Source: an uncultured Chloroflexia bacterium (lineage in GTDB: Bacteria; Chloroflexota; Limnocylindria; QHBO01). Taken from it: 64,000 nt of DNA. A program made the position numbers and the translations under genes. The notes beneath the pieces are model-generated. The model saw nothing but the letters and a program-made list of their open reading frames with translations. It did not search any database and was not told the DNA's origin. The stretch lies in assembly GCA_963787025.1 (NCBI GenBank), contig CAWBBG010000015.1, positions 32,990-96,989 of the forward strand. The letters run 5' to 3'. This document shows positions 42,807 through 52,204 of this stretch, in pieces; position 1 is the stretch's first letter; each line of letters opens with the position of its first letter.

Positions 42807-43280
42807 ATGACCCAACAGTTCCTTCCATACGCGCCGGAGCGCGACATCTATCGGCTCCTGGGGGTGGATCCCGCGGCGGGCGACGAGGAGCTGATGGAGG
42901 CGTGGCGGCGCCTGGCCCGCACGTTCCATCCGGACCGCAACATGTCGACGCGCTCGCACGAGGAGATGCAGGTCGTCAACGCCCTGCGCGAGCTCATCGC
43001 GAACCCGGAGGCGCGTGCCCGCTACGATCGCGAGCGATCACGATGGATGGCGGCCCGGGTGCGCAGGCCGCGCGGCGTCGTCCCGGGCGCCTCTGCTCCC
43101 TCCGCACAGGGGCGGCCGCGGTCCACGGTCGAGCGAGTCGCCTTTGCCGTGGGCGCCGGGGTTCGCGCCTTCGCCATCGAGCTGACCCCCGCGCGATGTC
43201 CGCAGTGCGCAGCGGCGGTCGGACGCCGCGATGAACGATGCGGTGTCTGTGGCAGCGCGCTTCTCGGGCGGATAGGGTGA
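42807..43280 (+). CDS. J-domain (DnaJ-like) protein with C-terminal zinc-ribbon-like CxxC..CxxC
   Basis: DIYRLLGVDPAAGDEELMEAWRRLARTFHPDRN (HPD motif). CPQCAAAV..CGVCGS. Confidence 0.75.
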   Translation: MTQQFLPYAPERDIYRLLGVDPAAGDEELMEAWRRLARTFHPDRNMSTRSHEEMQVVNALRELIANPEARARYDRERSRWMAARVRRPRGVVPGASAPSAQGRPRSTVERVAFAVGAGVRAFAIELTPARCPQCAAAVGRRDERCGVCGSALLGRIG

Positions 43281-43289
43281 GCGGCCGGC

Positions 43290-45956
43290 CTAGGCGAACT
43301 GCGGGTTCACGCGCTCCGGGTCGATGCCCAGGTCGGCCAGCGCCTGGACGAGCTCGGGACGATCCGCCTGGCCGGTGAGGCACAGGCCGTGGAGCGATGC
43401 GTAGGCGATGTGCTCGGGCGAGACCTCGAAGTGCGTGCGGAGCGCCTCTCGCGTGTCGCTGCGACCGAAGCCGTCGGTCCCGAGGATGGTGTAGGGCGGG
43501 TCGATCCAGCGCGAGACCATGTCGGGGACCGCCTTGAGGTAGTCCGTTGCGGCGACCACGGGTCCCGGCGCACCGGCCAGGGCCTGGGTAACGTACGGAA
43601 CCCGGGGTTCCGCGTCAGGGTGGAGCCGATTCCAGCGCTCGACGTCGAGCGCGTCGACTCGCAGCTGCTGGAAGCTCGTCGCACTCCACACATCGGCTGC
43701 GACGTTGCGCGCAGCGAGGAGCTCCTGGGCCCGGAGGGCCTGGTGGAGGATGGAGCCCGAGGCCAGGATCTGGACGCGGCGTCCCTCGACCTGGGCGGCC
43801 CGGTAGCGGTACAACCCGCGAAGGATGCCCTCGTCGACACCATCGGGCTTTGCCGGCTGCACCCAGTTCTCGTTGTAGATGGTCAGGTAGTAGAAGACAT
43901 CCTCGCCGTCGACGAACATCCTCCGGATCCCCTCGCGGACGACCACCGCGAGCTCGTACGCGAAGGCCGGATCGTAGGCACGGATGTTGGGCAGCACCGA
44001 GGCGAGCAGGTGCGAGTGACCGTCGTCGTGCTGGAGGCCCTCGCCATGCAGCGTGGTACGCCCGGCTGTGGCGCCCATCAGGAATCCGCGGCCGCGCGAA
44101 TCGCCAAAGGCCCACATCTGGTCCCCGGTGCGCTGGAAGCCGAACATCGAGTAGAACGTGTAGAAGGGGATCATCGGCTCGCCGTGGACCGCGTAGCTGG
44201 TGCCCGCCGCGGTGAAGGAGGCGGTGGCGCCGGCCTCGGTGATGCCCTCCTCCAGGATCTGCCCGTCGGTGGCCTCGACGTAGCTCAGCAGGAGCTCCTT
44301 GTCGACCGGCGTGTAGCGCTGACCCAGGGCCGAGTAGATGCCCACCTCCTTGAAGAGCGGGTCCATGCCGAAGGTGCGCGCCTCGTCGGGGATGATGGGC
44401 ACGATGCGGCGGCCGATCCCCGGATCACGGACCAGGTTTCGAATCAGGCGACTGAAGGCCATGGTCGTGCTCGCGGGCCTGTCGGATCCGCTGAAGAGCT
44501 CGTCAAAGGTGGACGGCTGGACCTCCGGCAGCGCCACGGCGTGAACCGTCCGCTCGGGGAGGAAGCCGCCAAGGGCCCGCCGGCGCTCCAGCATGTACTG
44601 GATCTCGGGCGAGTCCGGGCCCGGGTTGTAGTAGGGCGCCTCCTTGAGGGCCTCGTCGGGGATCGGGAGCTCGAGACGGTCGCGGAAGATCTTCAGCTCC
44701 GCCTCCGTCAGCTTCTTGGCCTGGTGGGTGACGTTCCGTCCCTCGATGCCGGGACCCAGCGTCCAGCCCTTCACCGTCTTGGCCAGGATGACGGTCGGCG
44801 TCCCGCTGTGGTTCACCGCTGCCGAGTAGGCCGCGAACAGCTTGCGATAGTCATGGCCACCACGACGCAGCTTGGGAAGCTCCTCGTCGGAGAGGTGCTC
44901 GACCATCGTCCTGAGGCGCGCGTCGGGGCCGAAGAAGTGCTCGCGGATGTAGGCGCCATCGGCGATCGACAGGCGCTGGAAGTCGCCATCGAGCGTCTCG
45001 TTCATCTTGTTGACCAGGATGCCGTCGACGTCGCGGGCGAGCAGGTCGTCCCATTCGCGACCCCAGATGACCTTGATCACGTTCCAGCCCGCGCCGCGGT
45101 AGATGGCCTCAAGCTCCTGGATGATCTTGCCGTTGCCGCGGACCGGGCCGTCGAGACGCTGCAGGTTGCAGTTCACCACGAAGGTCAGGTTGTCGAGGCC
45201 GTCCCGGGCTGCGAGCGAGAGGCCTGCGAGCGCCTCCGGCTCGTCCATCTCGCCGTCGCCCAGGAACGCCCAGACCCGCTGGTTGGCGGTGTCCTTGATC
45301 CCGCGCGCGTGCAGATATCGGTTGAATCGCGCCTGGTAGATGGCGCTGAGCGGGCCGATGCCCATGCTGACGGTGGGGAACTGCCAGAAGCTGGGCATGG
45401 TGCGCGGGTGCGGGTACGAGGAGAGGCCGCCCGGCCACAGCGCCTCGCGGCGGAAGTGCTCGAGCTGGTCCTCGCCGATGCGTCCCTCGAGGAATGCGCG
45501 CGCGTAGATCCCCGGAGCGGCATGGCCCTGGAAGAACACGAGATCGCCGTCCGGACCGCCGCGGAAGAAGTGGTTGAAGCCCACCTCGTAGAGGCTGGCG
45601 GCGCTGGCGTAGGTTGACAGGTGGCCGCCGATGCCCTCGAAGCGGGTGTTGGCGCGGAGAACCATGGCCAGCGCGTTCCACCGGATCATGCGCCGCACGC
45701 GGTGCTCGATCTCCTCGTCGCCGGGGAAGTACGGCTCCTGCTCGGGGCTGATGGTGTTGATGTAGCGCGTCTGCACCAGCGGCGGGAGGCCGACCTGGAG
45801 CATGCGGGCGCGTTTCAGGAGCTTGAAGATGATGAAGCGCGCGCGCTCCGGCCCCGCTTGCTGGACCACCGCGTCGAGCGAGTCGATCCACTCCTGGGTC
45901 TCGGTGGGATCGATGTCGGGGAGCTGCTGCTTGAACTGGTCGAAAATCTCATGCAC
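43290..45956 (-). CDS. aceE: pyruvate dehydrogenase E1 component, homodimeric AceE type (888 aa)
   Basis: GTG start at 45956 (VHEIFDQFKQQLPDIDPTETQEWIDSL). GGHLSTYASAASLYEVGFNHFF, GDGEMDEPE, length typical of AceE. The track ORF is extended upstream spuriously. Confidence 0.9.
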   Translation of the reverse strand: MHEIFDQFKQQLPDIDPTETQEWIDSLDAVVQQAGPERARFIIFKLLKRARMLQVGLPPLVQTRYINTISPEQEPYFPGDEEIEHRVRRMIRWNALAMVLRANTRFEGIGGHLSTYASAASLYEVGFNHFFRGGPDGDLVFFQGHAAPGIYARAFLEGRIGEDQLEHFRREALWPGGLSSYPHPRTMPSFWQFPTVSMGIGPLSAIYQARFNRYLHARGIKDTANQRVWAFLGDGEMDEPEALAGLSLAARDGLDNLTFVVNCNLQRLDGPVRGNGKIIQELEAIYRGAGWNVIKVIWGREWDDLLARDVDGILVNKMNETLDGDFQRLSIADGAYIREHFFGPDARLRTMVEHLSDEELPKLRRGGHDYRKLFAAYSAAVNHSGTPTVILAKTVKGWTLGPGIEGRNVTHQAKKLTEAELKIFRDRLELPIPDEALKEAPYYNPGPDSPEIQYMLERRRALGGFLPERTVHAVALPEVQPSTFDELFSGSDRPASTTMAFSRLIRNLVRDPGIGRRIVPIIPDEARTFGMDPLFKEVGIYSALGQRYTPVDKELLLSYVEATDGQILEEGITEAGATASFTAAGTSYAVHGEPMIPFYTFYSMFGFQRTGDQMWAFGDSRGRGFLMGATAGRTTLHGEGLQHDDGHSHLLASVLPNIRAYDPAFAYELAVVVREGIRRMFVDGEDVFYYLTIYNENWVQPAKPDGVDEGILRGLYRYRAAQVEGRRVQILASGSILHQALRAQELLAARNVAADVWSATSFQQLRVDALDVERWNRLHPDAEPRVPYVTQALAGAPGPVVAATDYLKAVPDMVSRWIDPPYTILGTDGFGRSDTREALRTHFEVSPEHIAYASLHGLCLTGQADRPELVQALADLGIDPERVNPQFA

Positions 45957-46064
45957 GGTCCGTATGGTAGCCGTCCGGCAAAGGTCCCGGGTCCACCGGT
46001 CCAGGCCGTTGACGTCCGCCACAACGCGACGCGGCCGACGGGAGCCGCTAGACTCACCACCGCC

Positions 46065-46439
46065 ATGTCCCGTGCTGAACGTCGCGCCTACCAGCGCATG
46101 ACCAAGAAGCAGGATCCGTATGCGGCGCCGCCCGTGGCGGGTGCTGCGAAGGCACGCATGGAGCGGCAGCGAGCACGGCGCGCCGTGATACAGCAGTCCG
46201 CCGACCCGGGCCGCCTGCTCACCCGGCGCGCGGCCTGGTACGCCTTCGGCGGCGCGTTTGCGGTCTTCGTGCTGGGGCTCTCGGTGGCGTGGAACAACGG
46301 GGCGCAGACTGCGGTGCTCATCGGCGCCGCGGCAGGGGCCGGATGGCTCGTGCTCACGCTGGGGTTCGCATGGTGGCGGCGGAGGGCACGGCTCGCCGCG
46401 CTGGCCGGCCGCGGCGGAGACGCTCCCGGCCGGCGCTGA
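46065..46439 (+). CDS. hypothetical membrane protein (2 TM) with basic N-terminus
   Basis: MSRAERRAYQRMTKKQDPY..AWYAFGGAFAVFVLGLSVAW..VLIGAAAGAGWLVLTLGFAWW. Confidence 0.45.
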   Translation: MSRAERRAYQRMTKKQDPYAAPPVAGAAKARMERQRARRAVIQQSADPGRLLTRRAAWYAFGGAFAVFVLGLSVAWNNGAQTAVLIGAAAGAGWLVLTLGFAWWRRRARLAALAGRGGDAPGRR

Positions 46440-46485
46440 CACCGCGGAACGTCACAGGCGGGGGAGAAGGAGACGGTTCACGTCG

Positions 46486-46776
46486 ATGGCTGAGGCGACC
46501 GTAGAAGTCCGCAACCCGTCCGGCCTGCACGCCCGACCGGCGGCCACCTTTGTCAGGGCCGCCGCGGGGTTCAAGTCCGACGTGCGGATCACGAACATCA
46601 CCCGCAACCCGGAGAAGACCGGTAGCGCGAAGAGCGTCCTGGGCGTCCTCGGCCTGGCGGTGGTCCAGGGTCACACCATCCACATCGTCGCCGACGGCGA
46701 GGACGCGGATGCCGCGGTGAGCGCACTGGCCGAGATGGTGCGGTCCGGCCTCGGGGAATCGGTCGAGCGGACATGA
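46486..46776 (+). CDS. ptsH: PTS phosphocarrier protein HPr
   Basis: VRNPSGLHARPAATFV (His-15 context), SAKSVLGVLGL (Ser-46 context). GGAGAAGGAG RBS. Confidence 0.9.
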   Translation: MAEATVEVRNPSGLHARPAATFVRAAAGFKSDVRITNITRNPEKTGSAKSVLGVLGLAVVQGHTIHIVADGEDADAAVSALAEMVRSGLGESVERT

Positions 46777-48467
46777 GCGGGACCGCGCTGCGCGGCGTGC
46801 CCGCCGCGCCGGGCGTGGCCATCGCCCCTCCCTGGCGACCGCCCGAGCCGGTGGTCCATGCCAAAGGCGGACCGCTCCTGGGACTGGCCGAGTCCGCCGA
46901 GCGGGCCGCGGCGGAGCTTGCCGCCCTCTCCGAACGCCTGCAGGGCGTGGGGCGGGCGGAAGAGGCTGAGATCTTCGATGCGCAGGCGATGATGGCCCAG
47001 GATCCCGAGCTCCTCGATGCGGCCGCCGCGCTGGAGGCCCAGGGAACCGCGGCGGATGCCGCGGTCCTTGCCGCCGGGGATCAGGCAGCGTCCGTGCTGG
47101 CGGCCATCGACGACGAGCTGCTCGCGGCGCGCGCCGCCGACGTTCGCGACGTCGCCGCGCGCATTGCGCGGATCATGCGCGGTGAGGCGCCGCCCCGGCT
47201 CGACACTCGCTCGATCGCGGTGGCGGTCGACCTTCCACCGTCGGTGACGGCAGAGCTCGACCCCGCGCTCCTGGCCGGGATCGCGCTGGAGGCCGGCTCG
47301 CGCACTGCGCATGCCGCCATCCTCGCGCGGGCGCTGGAGATTCCGGCGGTGGTCGGGGCGGCCGGCCTGCTGGCCGCCGTCGACGGTGCGCGCGAGCTCG
47401 CGGTCGACGGCGACCGCGGCGAGGTCTTCTGTGATCCGGACGCCACGCAACGAACGGAGATTGACCTGCGCGCTGCGGCGGCCGCGGAGCGGCGCGCCGC
47501 GGACGTGGCCCTGCGCGATCTGCCCCTGGCCACCGCGGACGGGCACCGGGTCATGCTGGCGGCGAACATCGGGGGTCCGGAGGAGTCGGCGCGGGCCATC
47601 GACGCCGGCGCGGAGGGGGTGGGCCTGTTCCGCACCGAGTTCATGTTCATGGGCCGGGTCAGCGCCCCGGACGAGGCGACGCAGGCCGCGGCCTACGCGG
47701 CCGTACTCGATGCGTTCGGCGATCGGCCGGTGGTCATCCGGCTCATCGACCTGGGTGGTGACAAGGGGTTGCCCTACCTGCCGCTCCCGCCAGAAGAGAA
47801 TCCGTTCCTCGGGGTGCGTGCCCTGCGCCTGGCCAATGCGGGGCACACCGACCTGATCGTCACCCAGCTCCGCGCGATCCTCACCGCCGGGGAGAAAACC
47901 GGCCGGGTACCGTGGATCATGGCGCCCATGGTCGCCGACCTCGAGGACGTCCACCGCCTCCACGAGCTGGCCGCCATGGCGGCCTTCGGCCGTGACCTGA
48001 GCGTCAAGCCCAAGGTCGGAATCATGGTCGAGATCCCATCGGTGGCGCTCATCGCCGACCTGGTCGCGCCGGAGGTGGCCTTCTTCAGCATCGGCACCAA
48101 CGACCTCACCCAGTACCTGCTCGCTGCGGATCGCACGAACCCTGCGCTGGCGGATCGCCAGGATCCGATGCATCCCGCCGTGCTGCGCACCATCCGCCAG
48201 GTCGTGGAGGGTGGGCGCGCGCATGGCATCCCGGTCGCCGTCTGCGGCGAGATGGCCGGCGATCCGTCGGGCGCCATGGCGCTGGCCGGCCTGGGCATCG
48301 ACGAGCTGTCCATGGACGCCGGCGCCTTCGGCGGGGTCAAGCGGGCGGTCGCCTCGGCCACTCGCGAGCAGCTCGCAGACGCCGTGCAGCGTGCCATGGG
48401 TGTGGAGCGCGCGGCCGATGCGCGTGCGATCTTCGATGAGCTCCGGGGAGCCGTGCCCGCTACTTGA
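46773..48467 (+). CDS. ptsI: PEP-protein phosphotransferase (PTS Enzyme I)
   Basis: GSRTAHAAILARALEIPAVVG (phospho-His region), GLFRTEFMF, FFSIGTNDLTQY. ATGA overlap with ptsH. Confidence 0.9.
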   Translation: MSGTALRGVPAAPGVAIAPPWRPPEPVVHAKGGPLLGLAESAERAAAELAALSERLQGVGRAEEAEIFDAQAMMAQDPELLDAAAALEAQGTAADAAVLAAGDQAASVLAAIDDELLAARAADVRDVAARIARIMRGEAPPRLDTRSIAVAVDLPPSVTAELDPALLAGIALEAGSRTAHAAILARALEIPAVVGAAGLLAAVDGARELAVDGDRGEVFCDPDATQRTEIDLRAAAAAERRAADVALRDLPLATADGHRVMLAANIGGPEESARAIDAGAEGVGLFRTEFMFMGRVSAPDEATQAAAYAAVLDAFGDRPVVIRLIDLGGDKGLPYLPLPPEENPFLGVRALRLANAGHTDLIVTQLRAILTAGEKTGRVPWIMAPMVADLEDVHRLHELAAMAAFGRDLSVKPKVGIMVEIPSVALIADLVAPEVAFFSIGTNDLTQYLLAADRTNPALADRQDPMHPAVLRTIRQVVEGGRAHGIPVAVCGEMAGDPSGAMALAGLGIDELSMDAGAFGGVKRAVASATREQLADAVQRAMGVERAADARAIFDELRGAVPAT

Positions 48468-49284
48468 TCAGCTTGCGCTGCATCTGGCGCGTGGCGATCC
48501 ACATCGCCAGGGCGAAGAAGCCCAGCAGGTAGGCCAGGTCCCACGCCTGCTGCCAACCCAGGATCCCGGTCGCCAGCCCACGGATCAGGCTGATCGAGTG
48601 GTAGAGGGGCGTGGCCTGCATGAAGACCTGGATGAAGGCCGGATAGACCGAGATGGGGAAGAAGGTCCCCGAGAAGAGGAACATCGGCTGCACGATCAGG
48701 CCCATGGGGATGTCGAAGTCCTGCACGGTGCGCAGGAACGAGGTGCCCGCCAGCCCTGCGGCGCTGAAGGCCGCGGAGACGAGGAGCGCGGCGGGCAGGG
48801 TCAGGACCACCCACGGCGAGAGCACCAGGCCGCTGACCGCCATGATCACCAGCATCGCGACCGAGTAGAGGACGGCCCGCATCAGCGCCCACAGCATCTC
48901 CCCGACGGCGATCTCGCCGATCCCCATGGGCGTGGCCAGGATCCCGTCGTAGGTCTTGGCGTAGTTGAGCTTGAAGAAGACGTTGAAGATGGTCTCCATC
49001 ACCGCGCCGTTCATGGCTGCCGTGGCCAGGAGGGCGGGCGCCACGTATGCCGCATACGAGACGAAACGGCCATCGGCCAGCTCCACCCCGGCGATGAAGC
49101 CGCCGACGCCGAGCCCGATGCCGACCAGGTACAGGACCGGCTCGAAGATGCCGGAGACGATCACGATCCACTGGTGGCGGTAGACCATGATGTTGCGCTC
49201 GACCAGGCGCCGGGCGCGCCAGATCTGGCCCAGGGCGGATGCCATTGGCCCGGGTGCGCGATCGATGCGTGCCTGAACGGCCAT
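48460..49284 (-). CDS. ABC-2 type transporter permease (DrrC/NodJ-like)
   Basis: Start at ATG 49284, 2 nt after the upstream stop. Six hydrophobic segments. Confidence 0.75.
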   Translation of the reverse strand: MAVQARIDRAPGPMASALGQIWRARRLVERNIMVYRHQWIVIVSGIFEPVLYLVGIGLGVGGFIAGVELADGRFVSYAAYVAPALLATAAMNGAVMETIFNVFFKLNYAKTYDGILATPMGIGEIAVGEMLWALMRAVLYSVAMLVIMAVSGLVLSPWVVLTLPAALLVSAAFSAAGLAGTSFLRTVQDFDIPMGLIVQPMFLFSGTFFPISVYPAFIQVFMQATPLYHSISLIRGLATGILGWQQAWDLAYLLGFFALAMWIATRQMQRKLIK

Positions 49285-49286
49285 GC

Positions 49287-50072
49287 TCAGACCGCCAACC
49301 GTCGATAGAAGCTCATGTCCGCCAGCCACAGGCCGATGGCCGCGAAGGCGACCAGGTAGAGCAGGTGCCACGGGGCGGTCGCCAGGTCGAGCCGGTCAAG
49401 GACCAGCCCGCGGATCAGCTCCACGCCGTGGTACAGCGGTGTGGCCCAGGCGATCACCTGGACCGGCCCGGAGATGGCGCTCAATGGGAAGAACGTTCCG
49501 GACAGGAAGAAGAGCGGGTTGATCACGAACCGGAAGAGCCAGGTGAACCCGGTGTCGTTGCGCTTCTGGCGCGCGGTGAAGGCCATGATGCAGCTGGAGA
49601 AGCCGAACCCGGTGAGGACGGCGACCGGGATGGCAAGGATGGCCAACGGCGTCCGGGCGATCCCGAAGATGGTCAGGACGATCATGAACACGCAGGCCAG
49701 GGTGAGCACGCGGAAGCTGATCCAGGAGAGCTCACCGAGCAGCAGATGACGGGTCCGCAGGGGCGTGGCCAGCATGGCCTCGTAGTTCCGGCCCCACATG
49801 ATCTTGTTCATGATCGGGTAGGTCGACTCGAAGGTCGATGTCTGCATGGCCATGGCGGCCAGCAGCCCGGGACCCAGGAACGCGGTGTAGCTGACGCCCC
49901 CGAGCGCCTGCGTCGAGTTGGCGCCGATGAGCTGGCTCAGGCCCAGGCCCATCGCAGTCAGGAACATGAACGGCTGCAGGAAGCCGAAGAACATGCTCCG
50001 GTGCCACACGCGCTTGTAGACGAGGAAGTTGCGCTGGAAGACGTGGAGGGTGGGTCGGGCGAGCGCGGTCAT
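49287..50072 (-). CDS. ABC-2 type transporter permease (DrrB/NodJ-like)
   Basis: ATGA overlap with the ATPase stop. Paralogous to 48460-49284. Confidence 0.8.
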   Translation of the reverse strand: MTALARPTLHVFQRNFLVYKRVWHRSMFFGFLQPFMFLTAMGLGLSQLIGANSTQALGGVSYTAFLGPGLLAAMAMQTSTFESTYPIMNKIMWGRNYEAMLATPLRTRHLLLGELSWISFRVLTLACVFMIVLTIFGIARTPLAILAIPVAVLTGFGFSSCIMAFTARQKRNDTGFTWLFRFVINPLFFLSGTFFPLSAISGPVQVIAWATPLYHGVELIRGLVLDRLDLATAPWHLLYLVAFAAIGLWLADMSFYRRLAV

Positions 50073-51006
50073 TCGACCAGGGTGCGGCCCGTGAGCCGCA
50101 GGAAGACGTCCTCGAGGGTCGATCGGCGAACAAGCGCGCTCTCCACGGCGATCTCGCGGCGATGGACCTCGTCGAGCGAGCGTTCGCCGTCATCGGTGTA
50201 GAGGAGGAGCCGGTCCGGCAGGTGCTCCACGCGGTCGGCCAGGCCGTCCAGCCGCCCGTCGAGCGAGTCGCGGTCCTCATCGGGCAGGCGCAGCTCAAGC
50301 ACCTCGCGGGTGCTGTAGTGGTCGATCAGCTCGCGGGGGAGCCCTCGGCCACGATCTTCGCCTTGTCCATCACCACCAGCCGATCGCAGAGCTGCTCCGC
50401 CTCGTCCATGTAGTGGGTGGTGATGATCAGCGTGGCGCCGCGTCGCTTCAGCTGGTAGAGCCGCTCCCAGAGCAGATGGCGCGCCTGCGGATCGAGCCCG
50501 GTGGTCGGCTCGTCGAGGATGATCAGGTCCGGCTCGTTGATGAGGGCGCGGGCGATGGTGAGCCGCCGCTTCATCCCTCCCGAAAGCGGCTCGACCTGGT
50601 CGGTCGCACGTTCTGCAAGCTGCACGAACTCGAGGAGCTCGTCGGCGCGGCGACGCGCGACGTCGCGCGGGATGTCGAAATAGCGCGCGTACATCTCCAG
50701 GTTCTCGCGGACGGTGAGCTCCTGGTCGAGGTTGTCGATCTGGGGCACGACGCCCAGGCGGGCCTTGATCTGTCGCGCCTGGGTGCGAGGATCCATGCCG
50801 ATCACGCTCAGCTCGCCATCCGTGACGGGCGACGAGCACGCGATCATCCGCATGGTGGAGGTCTTACCCGCGCCGTTGGGGCCAAGGAAGCCGAAGGCCC
50901 TGCCGGGGTGCACGTCGAAGTCGATGGCATCCACCGCGGTGAAGCCACCGAAGCGCTTGGTCAGGTTTCGGGCGTGAACGAGCGCCTCACCGGAGATCGT
51001 GGGCAT
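50069..51006 (-). pseudogene. ABC transporter ATP-binding protein (DrrA/NodI-like) with an apparent frameshift in a 5-nt homopolymer (50335-50339)
   Basis: ORF 50326..51006 has GPNGAGKTST, LSGGMKRRL, LIILDEPTTGLD and ends ..KIVAEGSPAS*. The expected C-terminus (R)ELIDHYSTREVLELRLP..LEDVFLRLTGRTLVE* is in the 50069..50839 frame. Confidence 0.8.
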
Positions 51007-51116
51007 GGACGCATGATTCTACCGAGGCCTGACGAACCCCGTCAGGTTGGGGTCGAGCACCCGCCCGGCGGTGATCCGTCCGATGACGCCCCGTCGTATG
51101 CACCGACGAGGTTGGT

Positions 51117-51145
51117 TTGACGCTGCCGCGACCCTGATCAATACT
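51117..51145 (+). promoter_or_regulatory. sigma-70-like promoter candidate TTGACG-N17-AATACT
   Basis: Read directly. Lies about 70 nt upstream of the GTG at 51213. Confidence 0.3.
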
Positions 51146-51212
51146 TGCGCTGCACCAGTAGCACGTAATCGCGACGGATCCGCGGCACGCGGACCGGGAA
51201 GGAGCGGGACCA

Positions 51213-52100
51213 GTGGACGTGGCGGTCGTAGGTGCCACCGGCTTCATCGGACGTCACCTGGTGGCGCACCTGCTCGACGCGGGGCACACGGTTCGCGCCC
51301 TTTCGCGGGACGGCAGGCGCCTGCCGGGTTGGCCGGACGGGCCCGTGCGAACGGCAGAGGTGGACGTCGAGAGCGGGACGGGGCTGGAGCCGGCGCTCAC
51401 CGGCGCCGATGCGCTGGTGCACCTGGTGGCGATTCCGCGCGAGCAGGGCGGCCGACGCTTCGCGGACACCAACGTCCGTGGCGTGCAGCGGGTCGTGGAT
51501 GCCGCGCGGGCGGCAAAGGTCCGGCGCTTCGTCCATCTCTCCGTGCTTGGCGCGGTCGATGACCCGTCGCTCGCCTACCTTCGCAGCAAGTGGCTCGGGG
51601 AGCAGATCGTTCGCTCCTCGGGGCTCGAGTGGGTGATCCTGCGGCCGTCGCTGATCTTCGGGGAGGGCGACGGCTTCTTCGCCCTGATCCGGACCACGCT
51701 GACCTGGTGGTCGCCGGGGGTGGTGGCCATCCCGGGCGACGGAACCGCGCGGTTCCAGCCGCTCTCCGTGGATGATCTCGCGCTTGCCATCGAGCACTCG
51801 ATCTCCGAGCCCGAGCGCGCCGGGAATCTGTACGAGATAGGCGGCCCGGACTACCTGACCTACCGCCAGATCGTGGACGCCGTCATGCGGGTAACCGGTA
51901 AGCGCCGGGTCAAGCTCAACATGCCCATCCCGCTCATCAGTGCCCTGACCGCGGTGACGGACCGGATCCTGCCCATCTTCCCGGTCAGCCACGACCAGGT
52001 CGGCTCCCTGCGCACGAACAACTACACCGAGCTCGACGCCTTCGAGCGCGCGTTCGGTGTGGCGCCCAGGCCCTTCGACATCGGCTACCTCGGTCGCTGA
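51213..52100 (+). CDS. NAD(P)H-binding atypical SDR (NmrA/NDUFA9-like epimerase family)
   Basis: VAVVGATGFIGRHLVAHLL Rossmann motif. GTG start after GGGAAGGAG. Confidence 0.75.
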   Translation: MDVAVVGATGFIGRHLVAHLLDAGHTVRALSRDGRRLPGWPDGPVRTAEVDVESGTGLEPALTGADALVHLVAIPREQGGRRFADTNVRGVQRVVDAARAAKVRRFVHLSVLGAVDDPSLAYLRSKWLGEQIVRSSGLEWVILRPSLIFGEGDGFFALIRTTLTWWSPGVVAIPGDGTARFQPLSVDDLALAIEHSISEPERAGNLYEIGGPDYLTYRQIVDAVMRVTGKRRVKLNMPIPLISALTAVTDRILPIFPVSHDQVGSLRTNNYTELDAFERAFGVAPRPFDIGYLGR

Positions 52101-52204
52101 GGGGGTCCGGTCCGAAGTTCGGGACCTGCGGAGGCCGCGGGGACCGAACGGATCACGGGAATGGGGCCGGACGGCCCTCCCCCGATGCGGTCCTCCCGAC
52201 AACT

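Noticed and set aside
43389-45617. 742-aa plus-strand ORF
   Set aside because: It is antisense to aceE. There are no motifs and the composition is an artefact.
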